A DNA stretch of 64,000 nt from Rhynchopus sp. YZ270_cl-10 (Eukaryota). Made by a program: the position numbers and the translations under genes. The notes below the pieces were generated by a model. It ran no database searches and had not been told where the DNA came from. It saw only the letters and a list, made by a program, of their open reading frames with translations. This document shows positions 48,170 to 59,345 of the stretch, piece after piece (position 1 is the first letter of the stretch; the number at the start of each line of letters is the position of its first letter). The stretch is taken from positions 496,001 to 560,000 of the forward strand of contig OZ037838.1 of NCBI GenBank assembly GCA_964035575.1. Reading direction: 5' to 3'.

Positions 48170-49532
48170 GGGCAGGCTCACTTTTGTCTGTGTTTATTGC
48201 TCGCGCGCGCGGAAAATTTTGAGAATTCCAAAAAAAAAAAACATGGGAAAAAAAAAAAACATTGTAGTAATAAAAGGTGTGAGGGAGAGAGTAGTGGGGC
48301 TTGAGGGTGATTTTGTGCACCAAGTTCCTACAAAAATATTGTGAAATGTTTCAAAAAAAGATCGATGGGATTTATTTTTGTGAGGTTCCGGGAAACCCGC
48401 AAACCCGCAAGTTCTTTTACACCGCTGTCCTCTCCTGTCCCTCCCAAACGCCCCTACCCTCTGAGCAAGATAAAACAATAAGCTCGCGTTTCTTTTATCG
48501 AGCAGATCTTATTCTCCGCCCCGTACCCAAAACGTAAACACCACTTTAATTCAGAAAAAATATTTTACTCTTCTTTTGTCTTCCACACGCGCTGATTTTT
48601 GTGTTCGCTATTTTTTTTAACCATGAACCTCCCCCACGCAAATGACTGCTTCTACGAGTGCACCATAGTGTACACTGTACACTGTACACTGTACACTGTA
48701 CACTGTACACTGTACACTGTACACTGTACACTGTACACTGTACACTGTACACTGTACACTGTACACTGTACACTGTACACTGTACACTGTACACTGTACA
48801 CTGTACACTGTACACTGTACACTGTACACTGTACACTGTACACTGTACACTGTACACTGTACACTGTACACTGTACACTGTACACTGTACACTGTACACT
48901 GTACACTGTACACTGTACACTGTACACTGTACACTGTACACTGTACACTGTACACTGTACACTGTACACTGTACACTGTACACTGTACACTGTACACTGT
49001 ACACTGTACACTGTACACTGTACACTGTACACTGTACACTGTACACTGTACACTGTACACTGTACACTGTACACTGTAGTTCCTATCACTTTCTGGTACC
49101 CAGGTATTCTGGGTACCCAGGCAACCTGATAACGAGAAAACACAAAATCCTAACACGTAACGAAAATAAGGATTTTACTGGGCAAAAGTAAGGTAAAAAT
49201 CATAATTTAATCTGGAAAACCCAGCGTAAAATGCCCACAAAACCACCAAAAAAAAACGGGAAAAAACTCGGTATACGGACCCGAAAAACCCCGAAAAAAG
49301 GCCGGTTTTCGCCTGAGGCCTGCAAAAAAAAAGAGCACAAAGCAAAACGTAACAAAAATTTCATAAACCCATTTGACCCCCAATAATAGATTCTCCATCC
49401 CCAACGTGTGTGTGTTTTTTTTTTCTTATTTTTTTTTTCCATGTTTTTTTTTCCATGTTTTTTTCTTGCGCGCGCGCGCGGAAAATTTTTGGGCCCTCCG
49501 AGCATTAAACACAGACAAAAGTGAGCCTGCCC
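48170..49532. mobile_element. PIF/Harbinger (Tourist-like) non-autonomous element
   Basis: ~34-bp TIR gggcaggctcacttttgtctgtgttta.tgctcg; 3-bp TSD TTA on both sides. Confidence 0.75.
48669..49078. repeat. Perfect (TGTACAC)n satellite, about 58 units
   Basis: Directly visible. Confidence 0.98.
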
Positions 49533-49855
49533 TTACTAAAAAGAAAAGAAAAGTTTATAAGATGATCCTAAGCCTCTCGTGCTTAGTCACCTTAAGAAAA
49601 GAAAGTGCAAAAAGAAGTGACTTGAGATACAATGCCTTGCCCTGGCAGTGTACCTTTTGGTGCGTGACCAGAACACCGTGGGTGGACCCGCGGCTGATCC
49701 CCCTAGACATAGATGGCGTGCGAAGAGTTTTCTTTGCATTCTTCTTCGCATTCGGGGGGAAAGCTAAAAGGGGTTTCTTGGGGGTGTTTTGAGGGTCTTG
49801 GGTTGTTTTGGGGTAGTATTCATAACCACCCTCCCTCCCCTCCCCTGGTCACACG

Positions 49856-50983
49856 TCACTCACTGTTGTGTGGGTACAGATGCGTGGACACAATAACGCC
49901 ATTTGTTTGCATGACCACAAGAATACGTGAACACGGAGATATCGCAAAAGACCCGCCATAGCTTTGCGGTATCACATGCACACGGGACATGGTCGCCACA
50001 TCATACTGGTGCAGGTGTACATCGTAATCAGGCCATTCGTCATCATCATTAAACTCCGCAACCTCCACCCTCACCACAAGGTACTTCCCACACGGGGTGA
50101 ACTGCATGTCCTTGACATCCCCACGCACATCAACACTGCGAAGAGCCGCACCACTCCAATCAAAGAGGTGCACGTTACCAGAGCCCTCCACAGCAAAGAC
50201 AGAGGCAGACCGTGAAAGCGCCACCCCTCCACACCACCCCTCCTCCAGCGGCACACATGCCACATCTTCACCTGTGTTCACATCCCACAGACGGGCGTTG
50301 TTCTCATTGCTGGAGGAGGTGATCACCCACCCACCACAGTCCGACACTGCCACACGCCCGCACTCTTCGTGCGAGAGAGAGCGGAGCAACGTCAGGTCTT
50401 CGTCATACACAGAGACGCCGTCTTTGCCCTCAGAGACAACAACACCGCCACACGCGGACACAGACTCTGAGATACCGTTGACTTTGCGGAGCACCTCCCC
50501 ACCCGGAAGCGCAACCTCGCATATGCTCTCCTTGCACGTCAGGTAGCAGCGTTTCTTGCAAGCTGAGATGGCAGGTGCACCGTACGCACATACGCCCATG
50601 TCGTCGACAAAGAAGGTGCTCTCAAAGGTTTCTGTATCCAAACCATACATGCTCCTATTACATTCGTCATACAAGACACAAAGCGTCCCACAACGCGAGA
50701 GTGACCAGCAGATCAACATCCCCTCTACACTGTGCATAGCAGGACACTTGATGTCAGCAAAGCGGCGGGCAAGCACAACCTGCACCCCTGCATCAAACGC
50801 AGTGTCCTGCAGACGGCACGTCCCCTCCAGCACCTGCGTGCCGATGCGCATCTCGACAGACGCAGGCGAGACAGCAAGCGCCGTGCACGCAACCTCCTTT
50901 GCCGCTGCAACGTCCGCCTCGCACGGCACCTCCACTGTCGCAGTCACGCCTGACTCTTCCAGCACAAAGGTCACATCCATCAT
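49856..50983 (-). CDS. UBL-beta-propeller copy 16 (intact)
   Basis: Family start MMDVTF at 50983 within ORF 49856..51349. Confidence 0.85.
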   Translation of the reverse strand: MMDVTFVLEESGVTATVEVPCEADVAAAKEVACTALAVSPASVEMRIGTQVLEGTCRLQDTAFDAGVQVVLARRFADIKCPAMHSVEGMLICWSLSRCGTLCVLYDECNRSMYGLDTETFESTFFVDDMGVCAYGAPAISACKKRCYLTCKESICEVALPGGEVLRKVNGISESVSACGGVVVSEGKDGVSVYDEDLTLLRSLSHEECGRVAVSDCGGWVITSSSNENNARLWDVNTGEDVACVPLEEGWCGGVALSRSASVFAVEGSGNVHLFDWSGAALRSVDVRGDVKDMQFTPCGKYLVVRVEVAEFNDDDEWPDYDVHLHQYDVATMSRVHVIPQSYGGSFAISPCSRILVVMQTNGVIVSTHLYPHNSE

Positions 50984-51388
50984 TGTTTCAAGAGCTGTGT
51001 TGGTGTGATACAATGGAATGTTCTGTTGGGTGGACAGTTGAAGGAGCTGAGGGTGGACACGTGGAAAGAAGGGACGAGGGCTGGGGGTCGTTGTTTTGGG
51101 TTGGGGTAGAAGTTCTGGGGTACAGGACAAAAATGAACAGCAGTGAGCACATGAATAGGTCTCACCATGGCGCACATCTCTGTGTGGAGGGCGACGAGGG
51201 CGGCCTGGCGGGAGGCGATGTGGTGTTCGGCTGCGACAAGGTGGTCTGCGGTGTCTTGCTCGTGGATGCACATCTGCCATCACTGGATAGGTGTGTGGTG
51301 GCAAGACGCAGGCTTCTGTTGACGGCCTCCACGGAATACAAGGGAGCAAGTCACCACACCCATTTCACATGGTGCCAAAGCATGAACA

Positions 51389-52509
51389 TCACTCGTTGTG
51401 GGGGTGCAGATGTCTTGTCGCAACGTTGGTGCAATCGAAAGACACATATGATAGAAACACAACCACACGTGAACACGGTGATATCACAAATGACTGATCG
51501 GTGACGTCTGGGATCACAAGTACACAAGACATGGTCGCCACATCATACTGGTGCAGCTCTTGAGGTTCTCCATCGTCAGTAAACTTATGTACGTAGACCA
51601 CAAGGTACTTCCCACACGGGGTGAACTGCACGCTAACGACACTTCCAGAGACAGTGGCGTTCTGAAGAGCCGCACCACTCCAGTCGTAGAGCTGCACTCG
51701 CTCTGCCTCATCCACACAGCCCCCCACAGCAAAGACAGAGGCAGACCATGAAATTGAAACCGCTACAGCGCACGTGGACATAGGCACACATGCCACAGCT
51801 TCACCTGTGTTCACATCCCACAGACGTGCGTTCTTTTCCTTGACGGAGGAGGTGATCACCCACCCACCACAGTCCGACACTGCCATGTGTCTACACACCC
51901 TGTGCAAGAGAGTGCGGAGCAACGTCAGGTCTTCGTCATACACAGAGACGCCGTCTTCGCCTTGGGAGACAACAGCGTTGCCACACGCGGATACTAACTT
52001 CGAGGGGCCGTCGACTTTGCGAAGCACCTCCCCACCCGGAAGCGCAAGCTCGAGAAGGCGATCCACACACGGTAGGTAGCAACGTGTCTTGCACCGTGCG
52101 ATGGCAGGTGGACCGCAATGAAACAGTCACTCTCAACAGTAAAAACGAAGGCAGTTTCGAAGGTTTCTGTATCGAAGCCGCCAACACATGTACTTCTACT
52201 ATAAAGGCAGAGCGTACCACAACGCGACAGCGACAAATTCATCACTCCCCCATCCACACTGTACTCAGCAGGACACTTGATGTCGGCAAAGCGGCGGGCA
52301 AGCACAACCTGCACCCCTGCATCAATCGCAGTGTCCTGCAGACGGCACGTCCCCTCCAGCACCTGCGTGCCGATGCGCATCTCGACAGACGCAGGCGAGA
52401 CAGCAAGCGCCGTGCACGCAACCTCCTTTGCCGCTGCAACGTCCGCCTCGCACGGCACCTCCACTGTCGCAGTCACGCCTGACTCTTCCAGCACAAAGGT
52501 CACATCCAT
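51389..52509 (-). pseudogene. UBL-beta-propeller copy 17 (frameshift near 52110)
   Basis: Split ORFs 51994..52668 and 51389..52066. Confidence 0.75.
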
Positions 52510-53345
52510 TGTTTTGCGTTGCTTCGTGAGAAGGTGCAAATCAGCACGTTTGCTCCACCACCAACGGAGGGAGTGACGAGGTGGGTGGGGGAGAGGTGTT
52601 GTTCTGTGTTGCATGTTTGTGGTGGTTCTCGTTGTGAGAGGTGACGAATGGAAAATGATACTCAACATCGCGATCTGTCACCCACACGAGAGCACCGCAT
52701 GGGCAGCGTGATGGGACTGGAGGGATGTCTCTCTGTGGGCGGAGACAGGTATCAAAAGGGAGGTAGGGAGTGCGGGTGTGGTGTGCAAGAGACAACAAAC
52801 AGGTCGGGGAGAGGTCTTGTTTTGTTTTTTTTCAAAGCTTGGTTGTATTAGTGTGGATGTGATCCACTATGTTTTCTTTGAACGAGGTCACCATCCTTTG
52901 GTTCTTGCCCTGCTGAGGCAGCATCAGTTTTGTATTTTCACGACTTTTAGTTTCTCTATCCTCTGCGATATGAAGCGCAAACACTCTTTCAATTTGCATC
53001 GCAGACCGGTAACTGACTCACGAAGTGTGTCAAAAACACCTTCCTCTGCGAGGCGGGATACCACAGCGACAACATCTATCACTGATGTGTCTGTGAGTGC
53101 TCAATGGCGTCATAGCTTTTATCATGACCACAGGCGTCCAATCCTGCTCATTTCTCTCAACATCATAAAAATCTCAAACCACACAAATGAATGGGGTGAA
53201 CGACATCTTCTTCGTTCTCAAACACGAAAACCTTGAAAGTGATGTGCAAACCTACAAAGGATAGAAAATGAATGCATCGCAATAAAATGTCTTTGCGTTT
53301 CACACAGGGACACCTCACTCAGGGGTGACCCCGAGACACAGGAAA

Positions 53346-53556
53346 AAGAGAAAGATTTATAAGATGACCCTTAGCCTCTCTGTGCTTAGTCACCTTGAGC
53401 ACATTCGTTATCGCGCAGCATCAGCTGCGTGGGTTTCCACAAGTTTGCTGTCAGGGTTGATGTCATTTCCCTAGCGGGAGTTCGTAATGTTGACTCGTAC
53501 GATGTAGTGTTCGAGCATGTGCATGGTGTAGCGCGGGTACGTGAATTGGGCGACGG
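53346..53556 (-). mobile_element. ~210-bp 3'-end copy of retroposon family B (duplicated together with 41433-41640)
   Basis: Same boundaries and flanks as the 41.4-kb copy. Confidence 0.75.
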
Positions 53557-53683
53557 AAAAAAGCTTGAAAACACAAGTCATTCGCAGTGTAGTCCTCATC
53601 CCAGCCAGTGGCAGCAAAAAATCCAAATAACGGTGTTTTTGGGTACTTTCAGTTTGCACCACCCTCCCACCCCTCGCGAAACA

Positions 53684-54785
53684 TCACTCACTGTTGTGTG
53701 GGTACAGATGCCTTGTTGCAATGCCGTTTGTTGTTGCACCCTCGAACACAACCACACGCGAACACGGTGATATCGCAAAGGACCCACTATAGAGTTGCGA
53801 TATCACACGCACACAGGTCGTTGTCACCACATCATACTGGTGTAGTTGCACATCAGATTCCGCAACCTCCACCCTTACCACAAGGTACTTCCCACACGCG
53901 GTAAACTGCATGTCCTTGACATCCCCATCCACATCAACACTGCGAAGAGCCGCACCACTCCAATCATAGAGCTGCACGTTACCAGAGCCCTCCACAGCAA
54001 AGACAGAGGCAGACCGTGAAAGCGCCAGTTTACACCACCTCACCGCAGGCACACATGCCACAGCTTCACCTGTGTTCACATCCCACAGACGTACGTTCTG
54101 CTCCCTGCTGGAGGAGGTGATCACCCACCCACCACAGTCCGACACTGCCACATTCCAGCACCCTTCGTGCGAGAGAGAGCGGAGCAACGTCAGGTCTTCG
54201 TCATACACAGAGACGACGTTGTGGCCCTTCGAGACAACAACACCACCACACGTCCGTATTGAAACGGAGGGGCAGTCGACTTTGCGGAGCACCTCCCCAC
54301 CCGGAAGCGCAACCTCAAGACGGCAATCCCCACACGCCAGGTAGCAGCGTGTCTTGCACCGTGAGATGGCAGGCCGACCGTACACTTCATTGTCCACTTT
54401 GAACGAGAAGACAGTTTCAAAGGTTTCTGTGTCGAAGCCACCAACATGCCTGCCCCTGCTACAATAGACGCAGAGCGTTCCACAACGCGACAGCGACAAG
54501 TTTTCCACATCTGTTGCATTGTACTGAGCAGGACACTTGATATCTGCCAAGCGAGGACAGGCAAGCACAACCTTGCACCCCTGCATCAAACGCAGTGTCC
54601 TGCAGACGGCACGTCCCCTCCAGCACCTGCGTGCCGATGCGCATCTCGACAGACGCAGGCGAGACAGCAAGCGCCGTGCACGCAACCTCCTTTGCCGCCG
54701 CAACGTCCGCAACGTCCGCCTCGCACGGCACCTCCACTGTCGCAGTCACGCCTGACTCTTCCAGCACAAAGGTCACATCCATCAT
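53684..54785 (-). pseudogene. UBL-beta-propeller copy 18 (1-nt insertion near 54573; 9-bp duplication ADVADV)
   Basis: cacaaccttgcaccc versus family cacaacctgcaccc; ORFs 54459..54845 and 53684..54712. Confidence 0.75.
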
Positions 54786-55441
54786 ATTGTTAAGGGTTCT
54801 GTTGTGTTTGATGTGATGGTTGGTGGTGTCACTTCGCAACGACAAATAAGAAGGTTGGTGGGTTAAATACGTGTTTCAACAAAAACGTCTGATAAAGAAA
54901 GCAACTAGAAGATACCCTGAGGCAAACATACAGTCGTTGTCGTTTGCCAAAGATTGTGGTGTGGAATGCTTCTTTCCTGGGGTTGTCGTCGAATTGATTT
55001 ACGTTTTTTTGCCAGGATTGTGGCCAAAGTATACATGATGAGATGATCGTGTTGTTGTTTGGCTAAGTGGTGGAGAAGGAACAGGATGAGGATGTCAGGC
55101 AGTGCAGCTACCTCAGATGCTGTGCGTTTGGCAAGTTGCAGCGTCTGTGCAGAACGTCCAGCTCAGGCGAAAAGAAGAGAACGTGCAAAAAGAAGTGACT
55201 CGAGACACAAGGCCTTGCCCTGGCAGTGTACCTTTTGGTGCGTGACCAGAACACCGTGGGTGGACCCGCGGCTGATCCCCCTAGACAGATGGCGTGTGAA
55301 GAGTTTTCTTTGCATTCTTCTTCGCATTCGGGGGGAAAGCTAAAAGGGGTTTCTTGGGGGTGTTTTGAGGGTCTTGGGTTGTTTTGCTGGGTCCCTGGGG
55401 TATATTCATCACCACCCTCCCTCCCCTCCCCTGGTCACACA

Positions 55442-56560
55442 TCACTCACTGTCGTGTGGGTACAGATGTCTTGTCGCAATGACGCCATTTGTTTGCATGA
55501 CCACAAGAATACGTGAACACGGTGATATCGCAAATGACCCTCCAGAGAGTAGCGGGATCACATGCACACGGGACATGGTCGCCACATCATACTGGTGCAG
55601 GTGTACATCGTAAACAGTCCAATCTTCGTCATCATAATTACACTTTTCTACCCCCACCACAAAGTACTTCCCACACGGGGTGAACTGCATGTCCTTGACA
55701 TCCCCACCCACATCAACACTGCGAAGAGCCGCACCACTCCAATCAAAGAGCTGCACGCTCTTTCCCATATGTCCCCCCACAGCAAAGACAGAGGCAGACC
55801 GTGAAAGCGCCACGAGACACTGCCACCCGTCCGCAGGCACACATGCCACAACTTCACCTGTGTTCACATCCCACAGACGTGCGTTCTTGTCCTTCCTGGA
55901 GGAGGTGATCACCCACCCACCACAGTCCGACACTGCCATGCCCCTGCATGCTTCATGAGAGAGAGAGCGGAGCAACGTCAGGTCTTCGTCGTACACAGAG
56001 ACGCCGTCTTCGCCCTTCGAGACAACAACACCACCACACGTTCGTACTGAAACCGAGGGGCAGTCGACTTTGCGGAGCACCTCCCCACCCGGAAGCGCAA
56101 CTTCGAGAAGGCAATCCCCACACGGCAGGTAGCAGCGTGTCTTGCACCGTGAGATGGCAGGCGGACCGAATACATTGTCCACTTTGAACGAAAAGACAGT
56201 GTCAAAGGTTTCTGTGTCGAAGCCGCCAACATACCCAGTACAGTCACCATATACGCAGAGCGTTCCACAACACGACAGCGACAAGTAGTCTGCTTGCTGC
56301 CGCCAACTGTACTCAGCAGGACACTTGATGTCAGCAAAGCGGCGGGCAAGCACAACCTGCACCCCTGCACCAAACGCAGTGTCCTGCAGACGGCACGTCC
56401 CCTCCAGCACCTGCGTGCCGATGCGCATCTCGACAGACGCAGGCGAGACAGCAAGCGCCGTGCACGCAACCTCCTTTGCCGCTGCAACGTCCGCCTCGCA
56501 CGGCACCTCCACTGTCGCAGTCACGCCTGACTCTTCCAGCACAAAGGTTACATCCATCAT
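55442..56560 (-). CDS. UBL-beta-propeller copy 19 (intact)
   Basis: Family start at 56560 within ORF 55442..56698. Confidence 0.85.
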   Translation of the reverse strand: MMDVTFVLEESGVTATVEVPCEADVAAAKEVACTALAVSPASVEMRIGTQVLEGTCRLQDTAFGAGVQVVLARRFADIKCPAEYSWRQQADYLSLSCCGTLCVYGDCTGYVGGFDTETFDTVFSFKVDNVFGPPAISRCKTRCYLPCGDCLLEVALPGGEVLRKVDCPSVSVRTCGGVVVSKGEDGVSVYDEDLTLLRSLSHEACRGMAVSDCGGWVITSSRKDKNARLWDVNTGEVVACVPADGWQCLVALSRSASVFAVGGHMGKSVQLFDWSGAALRSVDVGGDVKDMQFTPCGKYFVVGVEKCNYDDEDWTVYDVHLHQYDVATMSRVHVIPLLSGGSFAISPCSRILVVMQTNGVIATRHLYPHDSE

Positions 56561-59345
56561 TGTTTCAAGAGCTGTGTTGGTGTGATGCAATTTAATGTTC
56601 TGTTTGGGTAGACAGTTGAAGGAGCTAAGAGGGTGGACACGTGGAAAGAGGAAACGGGGGATAGGGACCGCTGTTTGGAGCGGGGTGTAATATCTCATGG
56701 GTGATTTGGGGTCTTTTTTTCAGGAAAATTCACAAAACCTACCTGATTTTTACCCCGCGTATAGGCGCATATAGGTTCGTGTATATGTCCCCCCACAACC
56801 CGCTGAAGCCACTCTTTTCCCTCTCCATGGGACACCTTCGGCACCGCTTTGTCCTGGCAATCACCACTGCGCCAAGCGGAGGGTGAGGAGGTCGCTTTCT
56901 GGGATGATGAGATCGTGGAAGGAGACGACGACTGGGCATGGGGGCTGTGTGACGAAGAGGCTGACGACTGGGATTTCCCTGAGGTATACTTCCCTCACAA
57001 CCAGTTGTGGTAGATGCGTTGATGCCACTTCGTCCGCAGAGTACGGGGTTCAGGCACAGGAGGTCAACAAAGGTCTGGCGGAAGTCCGATCCCACTGTGG
57101 CACACCCTCGCACATGACTGCAGCCTAGCGGCCATCCACGCCTCGGGGTGTCGCTCCTCCACCGTGCTGCCCCACCTACCGGAAGGCGCGACATGAGAAG
57201 CTCGAATAATGCGCTCACTCGGTGGAGATTGACAGCATCAAGGGCACTGCAAAGACCGTCTTGCGTCTCTTCGCATTGAGACGCAACCTCAACATCGTCA
57301 TCTTCCAGTCAGGTGAATCACCGGTCATCCTGGTTGCTCCTGTTTGTGAATTTATGTGAATTTACGTGAACTGGAACCTGGAACATTCACAAAGTTACCA
57401 ACGAAAGTGACATTTTATGTAAAGATTTTTAAGAAATGTTGCGTACCGTGGCTTCGCCAGTGCCATGACTGATGATTTCTCCAGTTCTTCGAACTTTCAC
57501 AGCCCTTCTCAACCAAAGCGCGAATTGTTTTTGCTTAGAATTGTACGTGTTGAAAATCCATACGTACTTTTTCATTTTTGGGGGAGCTGCGTAATCCCTG
57601 GACCCACTTTTGAGTTTTGGTTTTTGGGACTTTCCAACCGGTAAAGGGACCCCAGATGCAAATTTTTGATCGTACCTGGCCGCAATTGAAAGATTTTGAA
57701 CACGGCTTTCAATTCCATTTTTTTAAGTACCTATCCCCCCCGTGGATATGTCCGGACCCATTTTGATGTGTATATGCCCGGCACTTTCCTGAAAATTTTC
57801 CGGACATATCCACATATGAGGGGAGATGCCCCGCCAACGTGCGGGGCCGAAAGCTCGGAATGGGTTTTTGCCCGTAAACTCGTGTTTTTTTTTTTTTTTT
57901 TTGAAATATGATTTTGAAATATGAAATATGATATATGATGCCCCCCAAAACCCCTTCTTACCGATAGCCCTGCCTTTTAGGGCGAATTTCGACGATTTGA
58001 GGCCATTAAAAGCAAAATTTGACACTTTTGAGCATCTATGGGGGTCTAAAACGCGATTTTGCGCACTACGATTTTTCGTGGGATTTACGAAAGACAAGTC
58101 AATTTTTGACCCCAAAAAAATTCACAAAATTGCCCTCGGTGGTCCTCACCCCCACATGTCCTCAATACTGGGCGAAAAAATGCAAAAAAAAAAAAACGCA
58201 AAAATCGGGTGTTTGACCATCTGGGTGCACCAAATACACGGGAGTGCGGTACTAAGCCATAATCAGTTTTTCCGCGCTGAAGAATCCGATGAAGAATTCT
58301 TCCAGACTTTTGTATAGGGGGTCAGAACTGAGGGCAATCCTCAGTTATTGGAAAAAAAAAAAAAAATCCCCTTTTCCAGGGAAGTTCCTAAGTGGGACCG
58401 AGAACATGAAATTCTGGATTTTAGTTTTTTTTTCCTTTTTTTTTTTCCTTTTTTCCTTCGGGGGCTTTCTTGTGGTTTCTGGTGGGTTTCACTGTAGGTG
58501 ACACACCACCAGTGTGGTGAAATGGTCGAAACTCTCAAAAGCAAGAGTTTTCAGGGGGCAAGAAAAAAAAATTGACACCAAAATCCTGCACCATCCAGGG
58601 CTGTATCCCCAATTTTTTTTGCCTGCGGCGCCATTTTTCATTTTTTGCTCTGCAAAAAAGGGTTCGTTAGAAGCTAGATTTTTACACCGTACCCAAAAAA
58701 TTTTGCCTGCGGCGCCATTTATATTATTTTTTGCTCCGCACAAAGAGAAGTGCAAACGCCTCACCGTTCATCGGCGGAAGCACTGGTTCCACGGGTTATC
58801 GAACCCCAGAGAGCACTTCATTGGCATGCACACGGTTACCACGAGGGAGCGTATATGCAGGTACAAAATCACTGCCCCATCTAAATAATATTCCCAACGC
58901 CTTTAGGGATCCCCTTGCATTTTGCAGCCAAAAATGCAACTAGACCAAAGCTGCAAAAAGTTCCGCACGCGTGTAGCGCGCCCAGGTTTGGGACCCCTTT
59001 TTGAATTTCGAGGGCGGTTAAAGTGGGCCCAGAACCACAGTTCTGACACTCATTTAGCATTGTGAGCAACACACTAGTTGTCGTAACCAAAATTTGTATC
59101 AATCAAGAACTTGTCCATTTTCTGGAAATGACCCCACTACAGTGAGGGTAGAGCTCGGAAAGCCCGAAAAAGGGCAAAAAACCCCACCCAAAAAAAGGAA
59201 AAAAACGGGAACATAAATCCAGAATTTTGCTGTTTTTCCCGAGAACAAGGGGCAACCCTGCCCTTTTCGGACCAGAGGTTTTTTTACGGGGGGGTGGGGG
59301 GTGGGGTAGGGGGTCCGACTCCTAATAGACTTGTGTATAAAATTT

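Noticed and set aside
48669..49078. Telomeric repeat
   Set aside because: It is internal, lies within a TIR element and lacks a G-rich strand.
48546..49191. ORFs of repeating YSVQCTV / TVHCTLY
   Set aside because: These are translations of a stop-free 7-bp satellite.
1034..56585. Many recurring antisense and alternate-frame ORFs over the array (MQRQRRLRARR..., MSAKRRASTT...)
   Set aside because: They are shadows of the conserved GC-rich coding sequence and recur only because the gene is repeated.
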